DNA from: Utricularia gibba
Lineage: Eukaryota > Plantae > Magnoliophyta
Direction of reading: 5' to 3'
Length of the DNA: 64,000 bases
Assembly (NCBI GenBank): GCA_002189035.1
Contig: NEEC01000002.1
Location: 4,402,001 to 4,466,000, forward strand
Positions within the stretch are counted from its first letter, which is position 1, and every line of letters starts with the position of its first letter. Made by a program: the position numbers and the translations under genes. The notes under the pieces are model-generated. The model ran no database searches and was not told the origin of the DNA. It saw nothing but the letters and a program-made list of their open reading frames with translations. This document shows, piece by piece, positions 63,300-64,000 of the stretch.

Positions 63300-63913
63300 G
63301 ATGGAGGTTGGAGAGCAGAAAATGGTTTCAAAGGAAATTATCTCCAAGCACTCGAAGAATCTTTTCTCAAGCTCAGTCCAAGATCAAATATTTGAGCCAT
63401 GCCTCATCTTCAATCGAAGGTGGATAATTGGAAGAAGAATTACCACATTATTTATGATTTTCTGAACAAATCAGGCACACGTTTAACAGCATAACCAACA
63501 TGTTGGATGCATCTGAAGATATGTGGATGGAAATCAAAGAAGTAGGTCTAGAACATCCTTTTTTATCTTTTCGTTATTATATTCTGCTACAATTACTAAT
63601 TTTTTTTGTCTTGTCTTGCTTGAAGCACAATGAGAAGCTGTATAACATTTTGAGGTTCAAGCAATGGCCTTTTTATAATGATTGGTGTTTTATTTTTAGT
63701 AAGAATAAAGCCACTGGTGAATTTGCAGAGGATGCTGCTCAAGCTATTGAATCAATGAAAGATGAAGTCTTTACGTATGCTGCAAATTATGTGGAAGCAA
63801 CAAAATTTCTAGAGTATATAGAGACCCCATCTGACCACCATTGGACTGATGATACTCCCACTTTTGAAGCTTCTTCTACATTTTCAGCAGATCAAAGTAA
63901 GATGAAGAAGTAA
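63300..63913 (+). mobile_element. PIF/Harbinger-associated Myb/SANT-like ORF remnant
   Basis: PHLQSKVDNWKKNYHIIYDFLNKSG...FKQWPFYNDWCFIFSKNKATGEFAE resembles the recalled Myb_DNA-bind_3 proteins (..FPxYDDLxxxFGKDRATGxxAE). Confidence 0.7.
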
Positions 63914-64000
63914 AACTCATCTGGATGGTGATCGTGCTGTGGGAGTCTGCTAAGAGGAGCAAGAAGAGGCCAGTGTTAGAACTTGATGCCTTCGTTGAGC

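Noticed and set aside
1-64000. CRISPR arrays, rRNA genes, prokaryotic or organellar inserts
   Set aside because: None seen; the sequence is plant nuclear DNA with spliceosomal introns and plant TE families.

Overview
AT-rich, TE-dense flowering-plant nuclear DNA with three host genes. (1) A phenylalanine ammonia-lyase (PAL, minus strand, 6282-8691) with two 1-bp frameshifts as assembled. (2) An intact 7-exon LONELY GUY cytokinin-activating gene (LOG, plus strand, 25204-26983). (3) A 16-Cys thaumatin-like protein (plus strand, 53227-54319) with an unusual N-terminal extension and one homopolymer frameshift. The rest is transposon: a full-length Retand/Tat Ty3 element with a clean internal inversion, a non-autonomous Retand derivative holding a nested Athila element and itself inserted into a hAT fossil, several Athila-type solo or partial LTRs, hAT, MULE, Harbinger and copia fossils, and foldbacks. 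The most striking unexplained signal is at the polypurine-tract position of two diverged Athila-type elements. There is no PPT; instead there is a conserved hairpin followed by a 16/17 copy of the 5' end of tRNA-Asp(GUC), the same tRNA whose 3' end matches the element's PBS. All counts and alignments were done by eye, and reference sequences such as tRNAs and family motifs are recalled, not searched.
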